A stretch of 64,000 nt of DNA from assembly GCA_963701285.1 (NCBI GenBank), contig OY969584.1:697498-761497 (forward strand), read 5' to 3'. Source of the DNA: an uncultured Chloroflexia bacterium (lineage in GTDB: Bacteria; Chloroflexota; Dehalococcoidia; SM23-28-2). Positions within the stretch are counted from its first letter, which is position 1. Every line of letters starts with the position of its first letter. Of this stretch, positions 1-8,399 are shown piece by piece. The notes beneath the pieces were generated by a model, which was not told the origin of the DNA, made no database searches, and was given only the letters and a program-made list of their open reading frames with translations. Both the position numbers and the translations under genes were made by a program.

Positions 1-651
1 CTGCGGCAGCCTGGACGGCCGCTGCACCAACTCCTTGTCGTCCTGTTCAATGATCCTCTGCACTATCCGGACTTGTCCTTCGGGCGGCGTGCGGGGCGCC
101 TCATCGGCGAGAAGATCAATGTGATGGCGGCGGATCTTGTCAGGGTTCTTCTCGATCAATTCCAGCGCCGCCGGAGCGATACTCTTGATCGGAGTGATTG
201 CTTCATGGACCAGGGTCGGCGAGATGTCCAGGGTGTCGGCGATGTCTTGGTCGCTCATCCCGAAGTCCGTCGTCCACCTTAGGAAGCGGCGCCCCATCTC
301 GAAAAGGTGCAGTGGCTCCACTTGGACGTTGCTCACGATGGTCATCATTTCGGCCGACCGCCTGAACTTGTCCGGCTCCCCCGCCTCCTCCTCCGTGGCC
401 TCCCAGACGTCGGCGCGGATGGTGGGCCTCTCGAGTTTCTGGTGCGCGAGGAAGCGCCGCTCACCGGCCACCAAGGCATACGCGTTGGGGCTCTCGGGAG
501 TAAAGCGGACCACTATGGGGTGGACCAAGCCCAGCTTTTCGATGCTTGCCGCCAGACGGTCAAGCTCTTTTTCCTTCGTCTCGTCCCTGAGATGGTATTC
601 GTTGGTCTGGATTTCACCCAGGGGGATCTCCCGCGTCTCTACGTACTTCAC
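1..651 (-). CDS. ParB-like (ParB/Srx nuclease-domain plus HTH) protein, N-terminal 217 aa; C-terminus lies beyond window start
   Basis: Hand translation of the minus strand from GTG at 651 (RBS AAAGGAGAA upstream) is open to position 1. It contains ALVAGERRFLAHQKL (ParB GERR box) and an HTH-like stretch EMGRRFLRWTTDFGMSDQDIADTLDISPTL. Not in the ORF track because it runs off the edge. Confidence 0.6.
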   Translation of the reverse strand, partial: MKYVETREIPLGEIQTNEYHLRDETKEKELDRLAASIEKLGLVHPIVVRFTPESPNAYALVAGERRFLAHQKLERPTIRADVWEATEEEAGEPDKFRRSAEMMTIVSNVQVEPLHLFEMGRRFLRWTTDFGMSDQDIADTLDISPTLVHEAITPIKSIAPAALELIEKNPDKIRRHHIDLLADEAPRTPPEGQVRIVQRIIEQDDKELVQRPSRLPQ

Positions 652-766
652 AGCTCTATTCTCCTTTCGTCGCGTTTCGCGCGGCCGCAGCGGGCAAATT
701 CCTTCCTTCTCCCGTCAGAGGCCAGCAAAAGGCCGCTGGCCCGACTAAAACCACCCCTACAGGAAG

Positions 767-795
767 ACAATAGCAAGCGAATTGGCACCTGTCAA
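767..795 (-). promoter_or_regulatory. Candidate sigma70-type promoter for the ParB-like gene (TTGACA-17-TATTGT on the minus strand)
   Basis: On the minus strand: TTGACA, 17 nt spacer, TATTGT, about 100 nt upstream of the GTG at 651, in an AT-richer spacer. Confidence 0.35.
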
Positions 796-820
796 GCCCC
801 TTTTCAGATGAGAATCAGAA

Positions 821-858
821 CTTTTTGAAAAAAATAGCGCCGCCGAGAAGGCGGCGCT
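821..858 (-). terminator. Intrinsic terminator downstream of the clpC-type gene
   Basis: Perfect 9-bp GC stem AGCGCCGCC-gagaa-GGCGGCGCT. On the minus strand it is followed by ATTTTTTTCAAAAAG and lies 36 nt past the clpC stop. Confidence 0.6.
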
Positions 859-893
859 TGGGTTCGGGTTGTCTGGTAAAGCGCTACGGCTAC

Positions 894-3338
894 CTACACC
901 CTCACCCCCACTGCCTTCCGCTCGAAGACGTACTCGCCGTCCGGCGAGACGTCCACCACCACCGTGTCGCCCTCCACGAACTCGCCGGCCAGGATGCGCT
1001 TCGATAGTGGGTTCTCCACCCGCCGCTGCACCGTCCGGCGCAAGGGCCGCGCCCCGAACACCGGGTCGAAGCCCTCCTTCACCAGCGCGTCCTTGGCGGC
1101 GTCCGTCAGCTCAAGGCCCACGCCTCGCTCGGCCAGGCGCTGGCGCACGTCGTGGGTCAGCAGCTCCACCACCTGCTTCAGGTCCTCCTCGGTCAGCGGC
1201 TCGAAGATGATGGTCTCATCGATGCGGTTCAGCAGCTCCGGCCGGAAGGTCTCCTTCAGGGCCTTCTCCACAGCGCTGCGCAGGCGCTCCTTCTCCGTCT
1301 TCGACTGCCGCTGGCCGGGGGTGAAGCCCACGGCCTGGCGCTGGAACTCGGACGTGCCAAGGTTGCTGGTCATGATCACCACCGTGTTGCGGAAGTCCAC
1401 CGTCCGGCCGTGGCCGTCGGTGAGGCGGCCGTCCTCCAGGATCTGGAGGAGAATGTTGAACACGTCGGGGTGGGCCTTCTCCACCTCGTCGAAGAGGACG
1501 ACGCGATAGGGCCGCCGCCGCACCGCCTCGGTGAGGCTGCCGCCCTCCTCGTAGCCCACGTAGCCCGGCGGCGCCCCGATGAGGCGGGAGACGGTGTGCC
1601 GCTCCTGGTACTCCGACATGTCGATGCGCACCATGGCCTCTTCGTCGTCGAACATGAATTCGGCCAAGGCCTTGGCCAGCTCCGTCTTGCCGACGCCGGT
1701 GGGGCCGAGGAAGACGAACGAGCCGATGGGCCGCTTGGGGTCCTTGAGGCCGGAGCGGGCGCGGCGGATGGCGTCGGACACGGCGACCACCGCCTCCGCC
1801 TGGTCGACGATGCGCTGGTGCAGGCGCTCCTCCATGTGCAGGAGCTTGTCGGCCTCGCCCTCCATTAGGCGGTCGACGGGGATGCCGGTCATCTTGGCCA
1901 CCAGGGCGGCGATGTCGGAGTCGGAGACGGTCATCTCGATCTTCGCGTCTGCCTGCCAGGCCGCCCGGGCTTGCTCGTACTCCTGCTCCAGGCGGAGCCG
2001 GTCGCTGCGGGCGCGGGCCGCCTCTTCGAAGTCCTGACGGCCGTCCGCCGCCGTCTCCTGGCTCGCCAGCTCGTCGATGCGGGCCTTCATCTCCCGCAGC
2101 TCCGGGGTGAGGCTCTGGGCGTCGATGACGTGCTGGCTGGCCGCCTCGTCGATGAGGTCGATGGCCTTGTCGGGCAGGAAGCGGTCGGTGATATAGCGGT
2201 TGGAGAGCTTGACCGCCGCCTCGATGGCCTCATCGCTGATCTTCACCTTGTGGTGGGCCTCGTAGCGCGGCCGCAGCCCCTTGAGTATCTCGATGGTCTC
2301 TTCCGGCGAGGGCTCGTCTATGTAGACGGGCGAGAAGCGGCGCTCCAGGGCCGGGTCCTTTTCGATGTCCTTGCGGTAGTCGTCCAGGGTGCAGGCGCCG
2401 ATGCACTGGAGCTCGCCGCGGGAGAGGGCGGGCTTCATCATGGTGCTGGCGTCGATGGCACCTTCGGCACCGCCGGCGCCCACCACCTGATGGATCTCGT
2501 CGATGAAGACGATGACCTCGCCCTGGGCCCGCTTGATCTCGTCCATCACCGCCTTCAGGCGCTCCTCGAACTCGCCGCGGAACTTGCTGCCGGCGACCAT
2601 CGCCCCCATGTCCAGGGCCAGCACGCGCTTGCCCTTCAGGTTCTCAGGCACGTCGCCGGCCACGATCTTCTCGGCCAGCCCCTCGGCGATGGCCGTCTTG
2701 CCCACGCCGGCCTCGCCGATGATCACCGGGTTGTTCTTGGTGCGGCGGTTCAGCACCTGCATCACCCGCTTGATCTCGTCCTCGCGGCCGATCACGGGGT
2801 CGAGCTTACCCTGGCGGGCCAGGGCGGTCAGGTCGATGCTGTAGCGCTCCAGGGCGCGATAGCGGGTTTCGGCGCTGGGGCTATCGACGCGGGCGCCGCC
2901 GCGGATCTGGGCCAGGGCGCTGTAGATGCGCTCCTTGTCGATGCCGAAGCGCTTGAGGATGCGCGCCGCTTCGCCCTCGCGCTCGTCGGCGATGGCGATG
3001 AGCAGGTGCTCGACGCCCACGTACTCGTCCTTCAGGCGCTCGGCCTCGGCGTTGGCCGCCTCGAGCATGCGGACGATGCGGGGCGTGGTGTAGATCTGGA
3101 CGACATCGTAGGCGAGCTTGGGCGTGCGGTCGATCACCTCGGCCACGGCGGTGGTCACCTGGTCCGGGTCGACCTTCAGCTGCTCCAGGATCTGCTGGGC
3201 GAGGCCACCCGGGTGGCGCACCAGGGCCAGGAGGACGTGCTCCACGTCCCACTGGGCGTGGCGCTCCTTGCGCACCAGCTCCTGGGAGGCGGCCAGCACT
3301 TCCTGCGCCTGCTCCGTGAACCTGTCTTGTCTCATCAT
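894..3338 (-). CDS. clpC: Clp/Hsp100 AAA+ chaperone ATPase, ClpC-type (two NBDs, short UVR-like M-domain, VGF ClpP-docking loop)
   Basis: 814-aa ORF with two Walker A motifs ([16 protein letters not shown]), a short coiled-coil M-domain around [15 protein letters not shown], and AVGF tripeptide. Its size fits ClpC rather than ClpB. It sits downstream of hspR. Confidence 0.8.
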   Translation of the reverse strand: MMRQDRFTEQAQEVLAASQELVRKERHAQWDVEHVLLALVRHPGGLAQQILEQLKVDPDQVTTAVAEVIDRTPKLAYDVVQIYTTPRIVRMLEAANAEAERLKDEYVGVEHLLIAIADEREGEAARILKRFGIDKERIYSALAQIRGGARVDSPSAETRYRALERYSIDLTALARQGKLDPVIGREDEIKRVMQVLNRRTKNNPVIIGEAGVGKTAIAEGLAEKIVAGDVPENLKGKRVLALDMGAMVAGSKFRGEFEERLKAVMDEIKRAQGEVIVFIDEIHQVVGAGGAEGAIDASTMMKPALSRGELQCIGACTLDDYRKDIEKDPALERRFSPVYIDEPSPEETIEILKGLRPRYEAHHKVKISDEAIEAAVKLSNRYITDRFLPDKAIDLIDEAASQHVIDAQSLTPELREMKARIDELASQETAADGRQDFEEAARARSDRLRLEQEYEQARAAWQADAKIEMTVSDSDIAALVAKMTGIPVDRLMEGEADKLLHMEERLHQRIVDQAEAVVAVSDAIRRARSGLKDPKRPIGSFVFLGPTGVGKTELAKALAEFMFDDEEAMVRIDMSEYQERHTVSRLIGAPPGYVGYEEGGSLTEAVRRRPYRVVLFDEVEKAHPDVFNILLQILEDGRLTDGHGRTVDFRNTVVIMTSNLGTSEFQRQAVGFTPGQRQSKTEKERLRSAVEKALKETFRPELLNRIDETIIFEPLTEEDLKQVVELLTHDVRQRLAERGVGLELTDAAKDALVKEGFDPVFGARPLRRTVQRRVENPLSKRILAGEFVEGDTVVVDVSPDGEYVFERKAVGVRV

Positions 3339-3479
3339 GTGTACTTCACCTCAAACACTGAGTGTCCTTCTGAGCGCAGCGAAGAATCCGGGGCGGAGGC
3401 GCGGGCGTTGCCCCACCCGGCCCCAGACCCTTCGCTTCGCTCAGGGCGACGGATACGGGCGGCGTGGTCGGAGCCTCAC

Positions 3480-3827
3480 TTACCGCCGTTTGCGGAACGC
3501 CCGCGTCAGCATGAAGACGATGCACACCGACGCCATGATGCTCATCATGGCCAGGCGGGTGGCGTCGACGATGGGCACGAAGCGCGTGCGCTCGCTGGTG
3601 ATCTCCAGCACGCCCAGCGGTTTGACGCGCAGGCCGCCGCCGCCACCGCCGCCCTGGCCCTGGCCCTGCGGGCCGGTCCCGCTGCCGCCGCCAAAGCCGT
3701 AGGCCACGGAGGCCACCGACACGATGGTCTTGCCCTCGATGACCTGCGGCTCGCCAAAGACGACCCTTACGTCGCCGCTGGCCTTCAGCCGGTCGGCTAT
3801 GCTGGTCACTAGCTCCTGCTCTGACAT
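3480..3827 (-). CDS. GerW/YtfJ-family small protein (Gly-rich centre, C-terminal hydrophobic segment)
   Basis: 115 aa with VFGEPQVIEGKTIVSVASVAYGFGGGSG... and a poly-Gly stretch resembling the sporulation-protein YtfJ family. Located between hspR and clpC. Confidence 0.4.
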   Translation of the reverse strand: MSEQELVTSIADRLKASGDVRVVFGEPQVIEGKTIVSVASVAYGFGGGSGTGPQGQGQGGGGGGGLRVKPLGVLEITSERTRFVPIVDATRLAMMSIMASVCIVFMLTRAFRKRR

Positions 3828-3841
3828 GGCGTCCCCCTTCC

Positions 3842-4189
3842 CTATTCGCCCGATTTCAGCGGCCGCGGCAGGTATCTATCCCGCAGACGCTGCAGCTCTG
3901 TCCGAAGGTGAGCTCTCTCCTCGTCCATCTCGCGGATGCGGTCGTTGAGGCGCAGGATGATCTCCGCCCCGGCCAGGTTCACCCCAAGCTCGTTGATCAG
4001 GCGCTGGATCTGGCGCAACCGGGCGATGTCGGCCGGCGAATAGAGGCGGATCCGCCCTCGCGACCGTGACGGCGCGATGATGCCGGAGCGCTCGTAGTAG
4101 CGCAGGGTCTGGGCGTGCATGCCCACCATGCGCGCCGCCACGCTGATGACGTAGCAGGGCTCGTCTTCGGGAGTCATGCGGTCTCGCAA
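3842..4189 (-). CDS. hspR: MerR-family heat-shock repressor HspR
   Basis: 115 aa with a MerR HTH (YVISVAARMVGMHAQTLRYYERSGII) and a coiled-coil C-terminus. TTG start with GAGGTG RBS; ATG 12 nt downstream is an alternative. Sits downstream of dnaJ as in HspR regulons. Confidence 0.8.
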   Translation of the reverse strand: MRDRMTPEDEPCYVISVAARMVGMHAQTLRYYERSGIIAPSRSRGRIRLYSPADIARLRQIQRLINELGVNLAGAEIILRLNDRIREMDEERAHLRTELQRLRDRYLPRPLKSGE

Positions 4190-4324
4190 TGGACTTCACC
4201 TCTCACAGCCGTTGATTGCTCTCCGAGGGCTAGGGGCGGCCCAAGGGAACTTAGGGGCAGGGCTCGTCCTGCCCTCCCGCGGGCGCCCGCGAGGGGCGCC
4301 CCTACGCTGTCGATATTGGCCCTC

Positions 4325-4390
4325 GACCCCCGCCTAAAGGCGGGGGCATCGATATTGCATCCCCATGCCGCAGCCTTCAGGCTGCGGTGC
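4325..4390 (+). repeat. Copy A of a 64-66 nt two-hairpin intergenic repeat family (see findings)
   Basis: gaCCCCCGCCtaaaGGCGGGGGcat-N15-atGCCGCAGCCttcaGGCTGCGGtgc. The architecture is shared with copies at 22288 and 34627, with compensatory stem changes. Confidence 0.6.
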
Positions 4391-4403
4391 GAGGCATCCC
4401 TCC

Positions 4404-5291
4404 TCATAGCACCACCGTTGTCCTTCCTTGGCGGCCGCCGCGCAGGAAGGCCACCTCCACCGGCTGGCCGGCATGCAGCGGCCGCAGGGCCTCCGTCAGG
4501 TCCTGGCTGTTCCGTACCGGCTGCCCGCCCACGGCGACGATCACGTCCTGAGGCCGCAGGCTGGCCCGCGCCGCCGCCGAATCGGGGAGCACCTCCAGCA
4601 CCAGGACGCCACCCTCCACGGCGGCGGCGCCGATGCCCAGACGGACGCCATCGTGGGCCTGGGCCGAGACCCGCATCTCTTGAAAGCGGGCCAGGGCCGC
4701 CAGGGCGGTGCTCACCGGCACGGCAAAGCCGACGCCGCGCGCGTAGGGGATGATGGCGGTCGTAATGCCCACCACTCGCCCCTGAGCGTCCACCAGCGGG
4801 CCGCCGGAGTTGCCCGGGTTGATGGGCACGTCGGTTTGGATGAGGTCGCGTAGGGCGTGGTTGGGGCCCAGGGGCAGCTCGCGGCCCAGGGCGCTGACCA
4901 CGCCCGCCGTCACCGTCCAGCTCAGACCGTAGGGGTTGCCGATGGCCACCACCAGCTGACCCACCTTCAGACGGCCGCCGTAGAGCCGGGCCACGGGCAG
5001 GCCCGTCGCCGCCACCTGGAGCACAGCGATGTCCACCGCCGGGTCGGCGCCCACCACGGCCGCCGGCAGGCGTCGGCCGTCGGCCAGGACCGCGGCGATG
5101 CTGCGGGCCCCGCGCACCACGTGCTCGTTCGTCAGGATGCGGCCGCTGGAGTCGAAGATCACGCCCGACCCCTGGCCGGCCGGACGGCTGGCCTCGACCT
5201 TCACCACCGCTGGCCCCACGCGCTCGGCGGCGCTGCTGACCGCCGTCGAGTAGGCGTCCAGCGCCTTCTCCTCCTCCACCTGCCCGTTCAC
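4404..5291 (-). CDS. HtrA/DegP-like S1C serine protease with C-terminal PDZ domain
   Basis: Catalytic triad context TNEHVV / DIAVLQV / GNSGGPLV, followed by a PDZ-like segment. The GTG start overlaps the dnaJ stop as GTGA. The 5' extension of the 452-aa track ORF overlaps dnaJ in another frame and is a GC artefact. No signal peptide was seen. Confidence 0.7.
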   Translation of the reverse strand: MNGQVEEEKALDAYSTAVSSAAERVGPAVVKVEASRPAGQGSGVIFDSSGRILTNEHVVRGARSIAAVLADGRRLPAAVVGADPAVDIAVLQVAATGLPVARLYGGRLKVGQLVVAIGNPYGLSWTVTAGVVSALGRELPLGPNHALRDLIQTDVPINPGNSGGPLVDAQGRVVGITTAIIPYARGVGFAVPVSTALAALARFQEMRVSAQAHDGVRLGIGAAAVEGGVLVLEVLPDSAAARASLRPQDVIVAVGGQPVRNSQDLTEALRPLHAGQPVEVAFLRGGRQGRTTVVL

Positions 5292-6283
5292 GCTTTCGGC
5301 CCCACTTTCTGCATTGCCTTTAGCTTTTCCAGGAGCTCTCGCTCCTGAGGCGAGAGTTCGGCGGGTAGCGCCACTTTCACCCGCACGAAGACGTCGCCCT
5401 GGCCGCTGCCGCCGAGCTTGGGCATGCCCAGGCCGGCCAGGCGGAAGACGCGGCCGTTCTGGGTGGGCGACGGTATCTTCAGCAGCGCCTTCCCCTTGAG
5501 GGTAGGGACGGTCACCTCGCCGCCCAGGAGGGCGTCGAGCAGGGGCACCTCCACCTCCGTGTGCAGGTCGTCGCCCTTGCGCTGGAAGCGCGGGTGAGGG
5601 CGCACCGATATCACCAGATAGAGGTCGCCGCGCCGCCCGTCGCGGCCGGGCCGGCCCTCGCCGGCCACCCGCACCCGCGAGCCGTCGGTGACGCCGGCCG
5701 GTATCTTCACCTCGAGGCGCTTGGGCCGCCGCAGGACGCCCGCGCCCTGGCAGATGTGGCACACGGCGCCCACGAGGCGGCCGCTGCCGCTGCAGCTGGC
5801 GCAGGGCTCCTCGGTCTGGAGCTGAAGGACGCGAGAAGTGCCGCGGTACGCTTCCTCCAGCGTCACCTCCGTGGCGTGCTGGACATCCTCGCCGCGGCGA
5901 GAGCGAGCGCGCCCGCCGCCGAACACTCCGCCGAAGAGGCCGCCCAGGTCGCCCAAGTCGAGGTCGCCCAGGTCGAATTGCTGGAAGCCGGCGGAGGGCT
6001 CATTCGGCGAAGCCCAGTGCTGGCCCCCCTGGCGGCGCGCCTGCTCGAACTGGTCGGCGTACTGCCACTGGTCGCCGTAGAGGTTGTACTTGCGCCGCTT
6101 CTCGGGGTCGGAGATCACCTCGTAGGCGGCGTTGATCTGCTTGAACCGCTCTTCGGCCGCCTTGTCGCCCGGGTTCACGTCCGGGTGGTGCTTGCGGGCG
6201 AGGCGGCGATAGGCCTGGCGGATCTCCTTGTCGCTGGCATCGCGCTTCACGCCCAGGACCGCATAGTAGTCTTTGGCGGGCAC
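5288..6283 (-). CDS. DnaJ-family J-domain co-chaperone (reduced zinc finger with only two CxxC pairs)
   Basis: N-terminal J domain (YYAVLGV...HPD), G/F-rich region, CASCSGSG...CHICQGAG, then C-terminal substrate-binding domains. GTG start. Divergent from hsp20. Confidence 0.8.
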   Translation of the reverse strand: MPAKDYYAVLGVKRDASDKEIRQAYRRLARKHHPDVNPGDKAAEERFKQINAAYEVISDPEKRRKYNLYGDQWQYADQFEQARRQGGQHWASPNEPSAGFQQFDLGDLDLGDLGGLFGGVFGGGRARSRRGEDVQHATEVTLEEAYRGTSRVLQLQTEEPCASCSGSGRLVGAVCHICQGAGVLRRPKRLEVKIPAGVTDGSRVRVAGEGRPGRDGRRGDLYLVISVRPHPRFQRKGDDLHTEVEVPLLDALLGGEVTVPTLKGKALLKIPSPTQNGRVFRLAGLGMPKLGGSGQGDVFVRVKVALPAELSPQERELLEKLKAMQKVGPKA

Positions 6284-6373
6284 TCTCGTTCGCCTCCAGC
6301 GTCATTATATCGGAAGGGCAAGGCAGATGTCAAACAGTCGAGAGAAAAGTTGATAACAAGATTATAAAGACTC

Positions 6374-6403
6374 TTGACATGTCCTGCCGCCTCTTGCTAA
6401 GAT
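6374..6403 (+). promoter_or_regulatory. Candidate promoter for hsp20 (TTGACA-18-TAAGAT) overlapping the 8-bp palindrome GACATGTC
   Basis: The -35/-10 pair lies about 45 nt upstream of the ATG at 6449. The -35 is embedded in the palindrome GACATGTC, in the shared divergent region with the dnaJ operon. Confidence 0.35.
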
Positions 6404-6448
6404 CATGACGGAACCATCAAGGCGACAAGCAAAGGGAGGTGTTGTTGA

Positions 6449-6915
6449 ATGAGTAGCCTGATGCGATGGGACCCCTTCGATGAGATGCGCGCCATGCGCC
6501 GGCGCATGGATCGCCTGTTCGACGATGTCCTCCGCGGCCCGCGGCTTCTCCCCTGGGAGTCCGCCGAGATGGGCTCGCGATGGACGTGTGCGAGACGGAC
6601 GATTCGCTGGTGGTGAAGGCCGCTCTCCCCGGCGTCCGCCCCGATGAGGTCGATATCTTCGTCACCGGCGACGTCCTCACCATCAAGGGCGAGACGAAGA
6701 ACGAGGAGGAGACCAAGGGCGACAACTACCGCCGGCGCGAGCTACGCTACGGCGCCTTCGCTCGCTCCGTCCCGCTCCCGACGCGGGTGGACCACGACGA
6801 GGCGGAGGCCACCTTCGAGAACGGCGTCCTGACCGTCACGATGCCCAAGGCGGAGGAGGTCAAGGCGAAGTCGATCAAAATCAAGCCCCGCAGCGTCATC
6901 GAGGGGAAGTCCTAG
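6449..6915 (+). CDS. Hsp20/alpha-crystallin small heat-shock protein, split by a 1-nt frameshift in a G-run near 6571-6574
   Basis: ATG 6449 with RBS AAAGGGAGGTG encodes MSSLMRWDPFDEMRAMRRRMDRLFDDVL...PWESAEMG, which then hits a stop. The alpha-crystallin domain (MDVCETDDSLVVKAALPGV...) continues in the +2 frame as track ORF 6580..6915. Adding one G restores ESAEMGLAMDVCETDD. Confidence 0.7.
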
Positions 6916-7068
6916 GTACAACGAGCGGAGCAGCCGGGCGCGCGGAGTCCCGCCGCTCCACACGCCCCAGGCAAAACGGCCGGGCAGTGACGCCCGGCCT
7001 CTGCCTATACTCGCGGCCCACGTTCCCTTGACGGGCGATCGCCCCTGGCCTATCCTGGCCCTACCCCA

Positions 7069-8298
7069 ATGAAGGCCGAGATCATCTCCATCGGCACCGA
7101 GATCCTGCTGGGCGAGCTCCTGGACACCAACGCCAACTACCTGGCCGCCCGCCTACCGCCCTTGGGCATCGACCTGTACTGGATGACCCAGGTCGGCGAT
7201 AACCTGGGCCGCCTGACCGAGGCCTTTCGCCGCGCCTGGGAGCGCTCCGACCTCACCCTCTCCACCGGCGGCCTGGGCCCCACCGAGGACGACGTGACCC
7301 GCGAGGCGATCGCCGCCGCCCTGGAGGAGCCGCTCTCGGTCCAGCCGGAGCTGGAGGCCCAGCTGCTGGCCTTCTTCGCCAATCGCGGCGTCCCCATGCC
7401 CGAGCGCAACGTCAAACAGGCGGCCCTCATTCCCTCGGCGACGGCCATCCCCAACCCGCGGGGCACCGCCCCCGGCTGGTGGGTGGAGCGCGAAGGCCGC
7501 ATCCTGGTGGCCCTGCCCGGCCCGCCGTCGGAGCTGGAGCGCATGTGGGAGGTGGAGGTGGCGCCCCGCCTGGCGGCCCTGGTCGGCGGCGGCGTCATCG
7601 TCTCCCGCACGCTGAAGACGGCGGGCATCGGCGAGGGCGCCGTCGACGAGATGGTGAGCCCGCTCCTCAAATCGACGAACCCCACCATCGGCGTCTACGC
7701 CAAGGCCGACGGCGTCCACCTGCGCCTCACCGCCAAGGCGGCCACGGCAGAAGAGGCGCGCAGCCTCATCGCGCCGGTGGAGGAAGAGGCGCGCCGTATC
7801 CTGCGCGAGGCCGTTTGGGGCGCCGACGCCGACACGCTGGAGGGCGGCGTCGGGGCCATGCTCCAGGAGCGAGGCCTCACGCTGGCGACGATGGAGTCGT
7901 GCACCGGCGGGCTCCTGGCCAGCACGATAACCGATGCGGCGGGAAGCTCGGCCTACTTCAAGGGCGGCTTCGTCTCCTACACCGCGGAGATGAAGATCGC
8001 CCTGGGGGTGGACGCCGCGCTCGTCGCCCGCCACGGGGTGGTGAGCGCCGAGGTGGCGCGCGACATGGCCCGCGCCTGCCGCCAGCGCCTGGGCGCCGAC
8101 ATCGGCGTCAGCATCACCGGCGTGGCGGGGCCGGACCCACTGGAGGGAAAGCCGCCGGGCACCATCCACATCGGCCTGGACAACGGCGTGGCGCCGCAGG
8201 CCGTGAGCTACACCTTTGCTCAGGGCCGCGCGGCCACCAAGCGCCGCGCCGTCACCACAGCCCTGGCGCTGCTGCGCCAGGCGCTGCTGAACCGCTAG
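7069..8298 (+). CDS. cinA: CinA (MoCF-binding N-domain plus PncC-like NMN amidohydrolase C-domain)
   Basis: 409 aa. N-terminal IISIGTEILLGE..., C-terminal ESCTGGLLASTITDAAGSS.YFKGGFVSY. Confidence 0.85.
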   Translation: MKAEIISIGTEILLGELLDTNANYLAARLPPLGIDLYWMTQVGDNLGRLTEAFRRAWERSDLTLSTGGLGPTEDDVTREAIAAALEEPLSVQPELEAQLLAFFANRGVPMPERNVKQAALIPSATAIPNPRGTAPGWWVEREGRILVALPGPPSELERMWEVEVAPRLAALVGGGVIVSRTLKTAGIGEGAVDEMVSPLLKSTNPTIGVYAKADGVHLRLTAKAATAEEARSLIAPVEEEARRILREAVWGADADTLEGGVGAMLQERGLTLATMESCTGGLLASTITDAAGSSAYFKGGFVSYTAEMKIALGVDAALVARHGVVSAEVARDMARACRQRLGADIGVSITGVAGPDPLEGKPPGTIHIGLDNGVAPQAVSYTFAQGRAATKRRAVTTALALLRQALLNR

Positions 8299-8399
8299 CT
8301 TCGGCGACCCACTCCGACCGGCCTCGTCCCCAGGCGCAAGGGAACCGCAAGAGAAGCGCAAGGCTGGCGCCCAGCGCCACCCGCGGGCGAGGGGTATGC

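Noticed and set aside
1971-3812. Long plus-strand ORFs (613 aa, 238 aa, 181 aa) overlapping the clpC-type gene
   Set aside because: They are antisense to a confidently identified Clp ATPase, their composition is Ala/Gly/Arg-rich low-complexity, and they have no motifs. High-GC antisense artefacts.
4404-5762. 452-aa HtrA-like ORF as drawn in the track, and similar 5'-extended ORFs at 16145..17413, 27646..29202, 28890..30218, 30088..31686, 31020..32243, 33222..34508
   Set aside because: The N-terminal extensions overlap upstream genes in other frames and are Arg/Gly/Pro-rich. Internal starts with an RBS and homologous N-termini were used instead.
6284-6448. Search for canonical HAIR (CTTGAGT-N7-ACTCAAG) or CIRCE (TTAGCACTC-N9-GAGTGCTAA) operators in the dnaJ/hsp20 divergent region and upstream of clpC
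   Set aside because: Only partial half-site resemblances (ACTCTTGAC, CACTGAGTG). Not enough to call, so palindromes are reported as candidates only.
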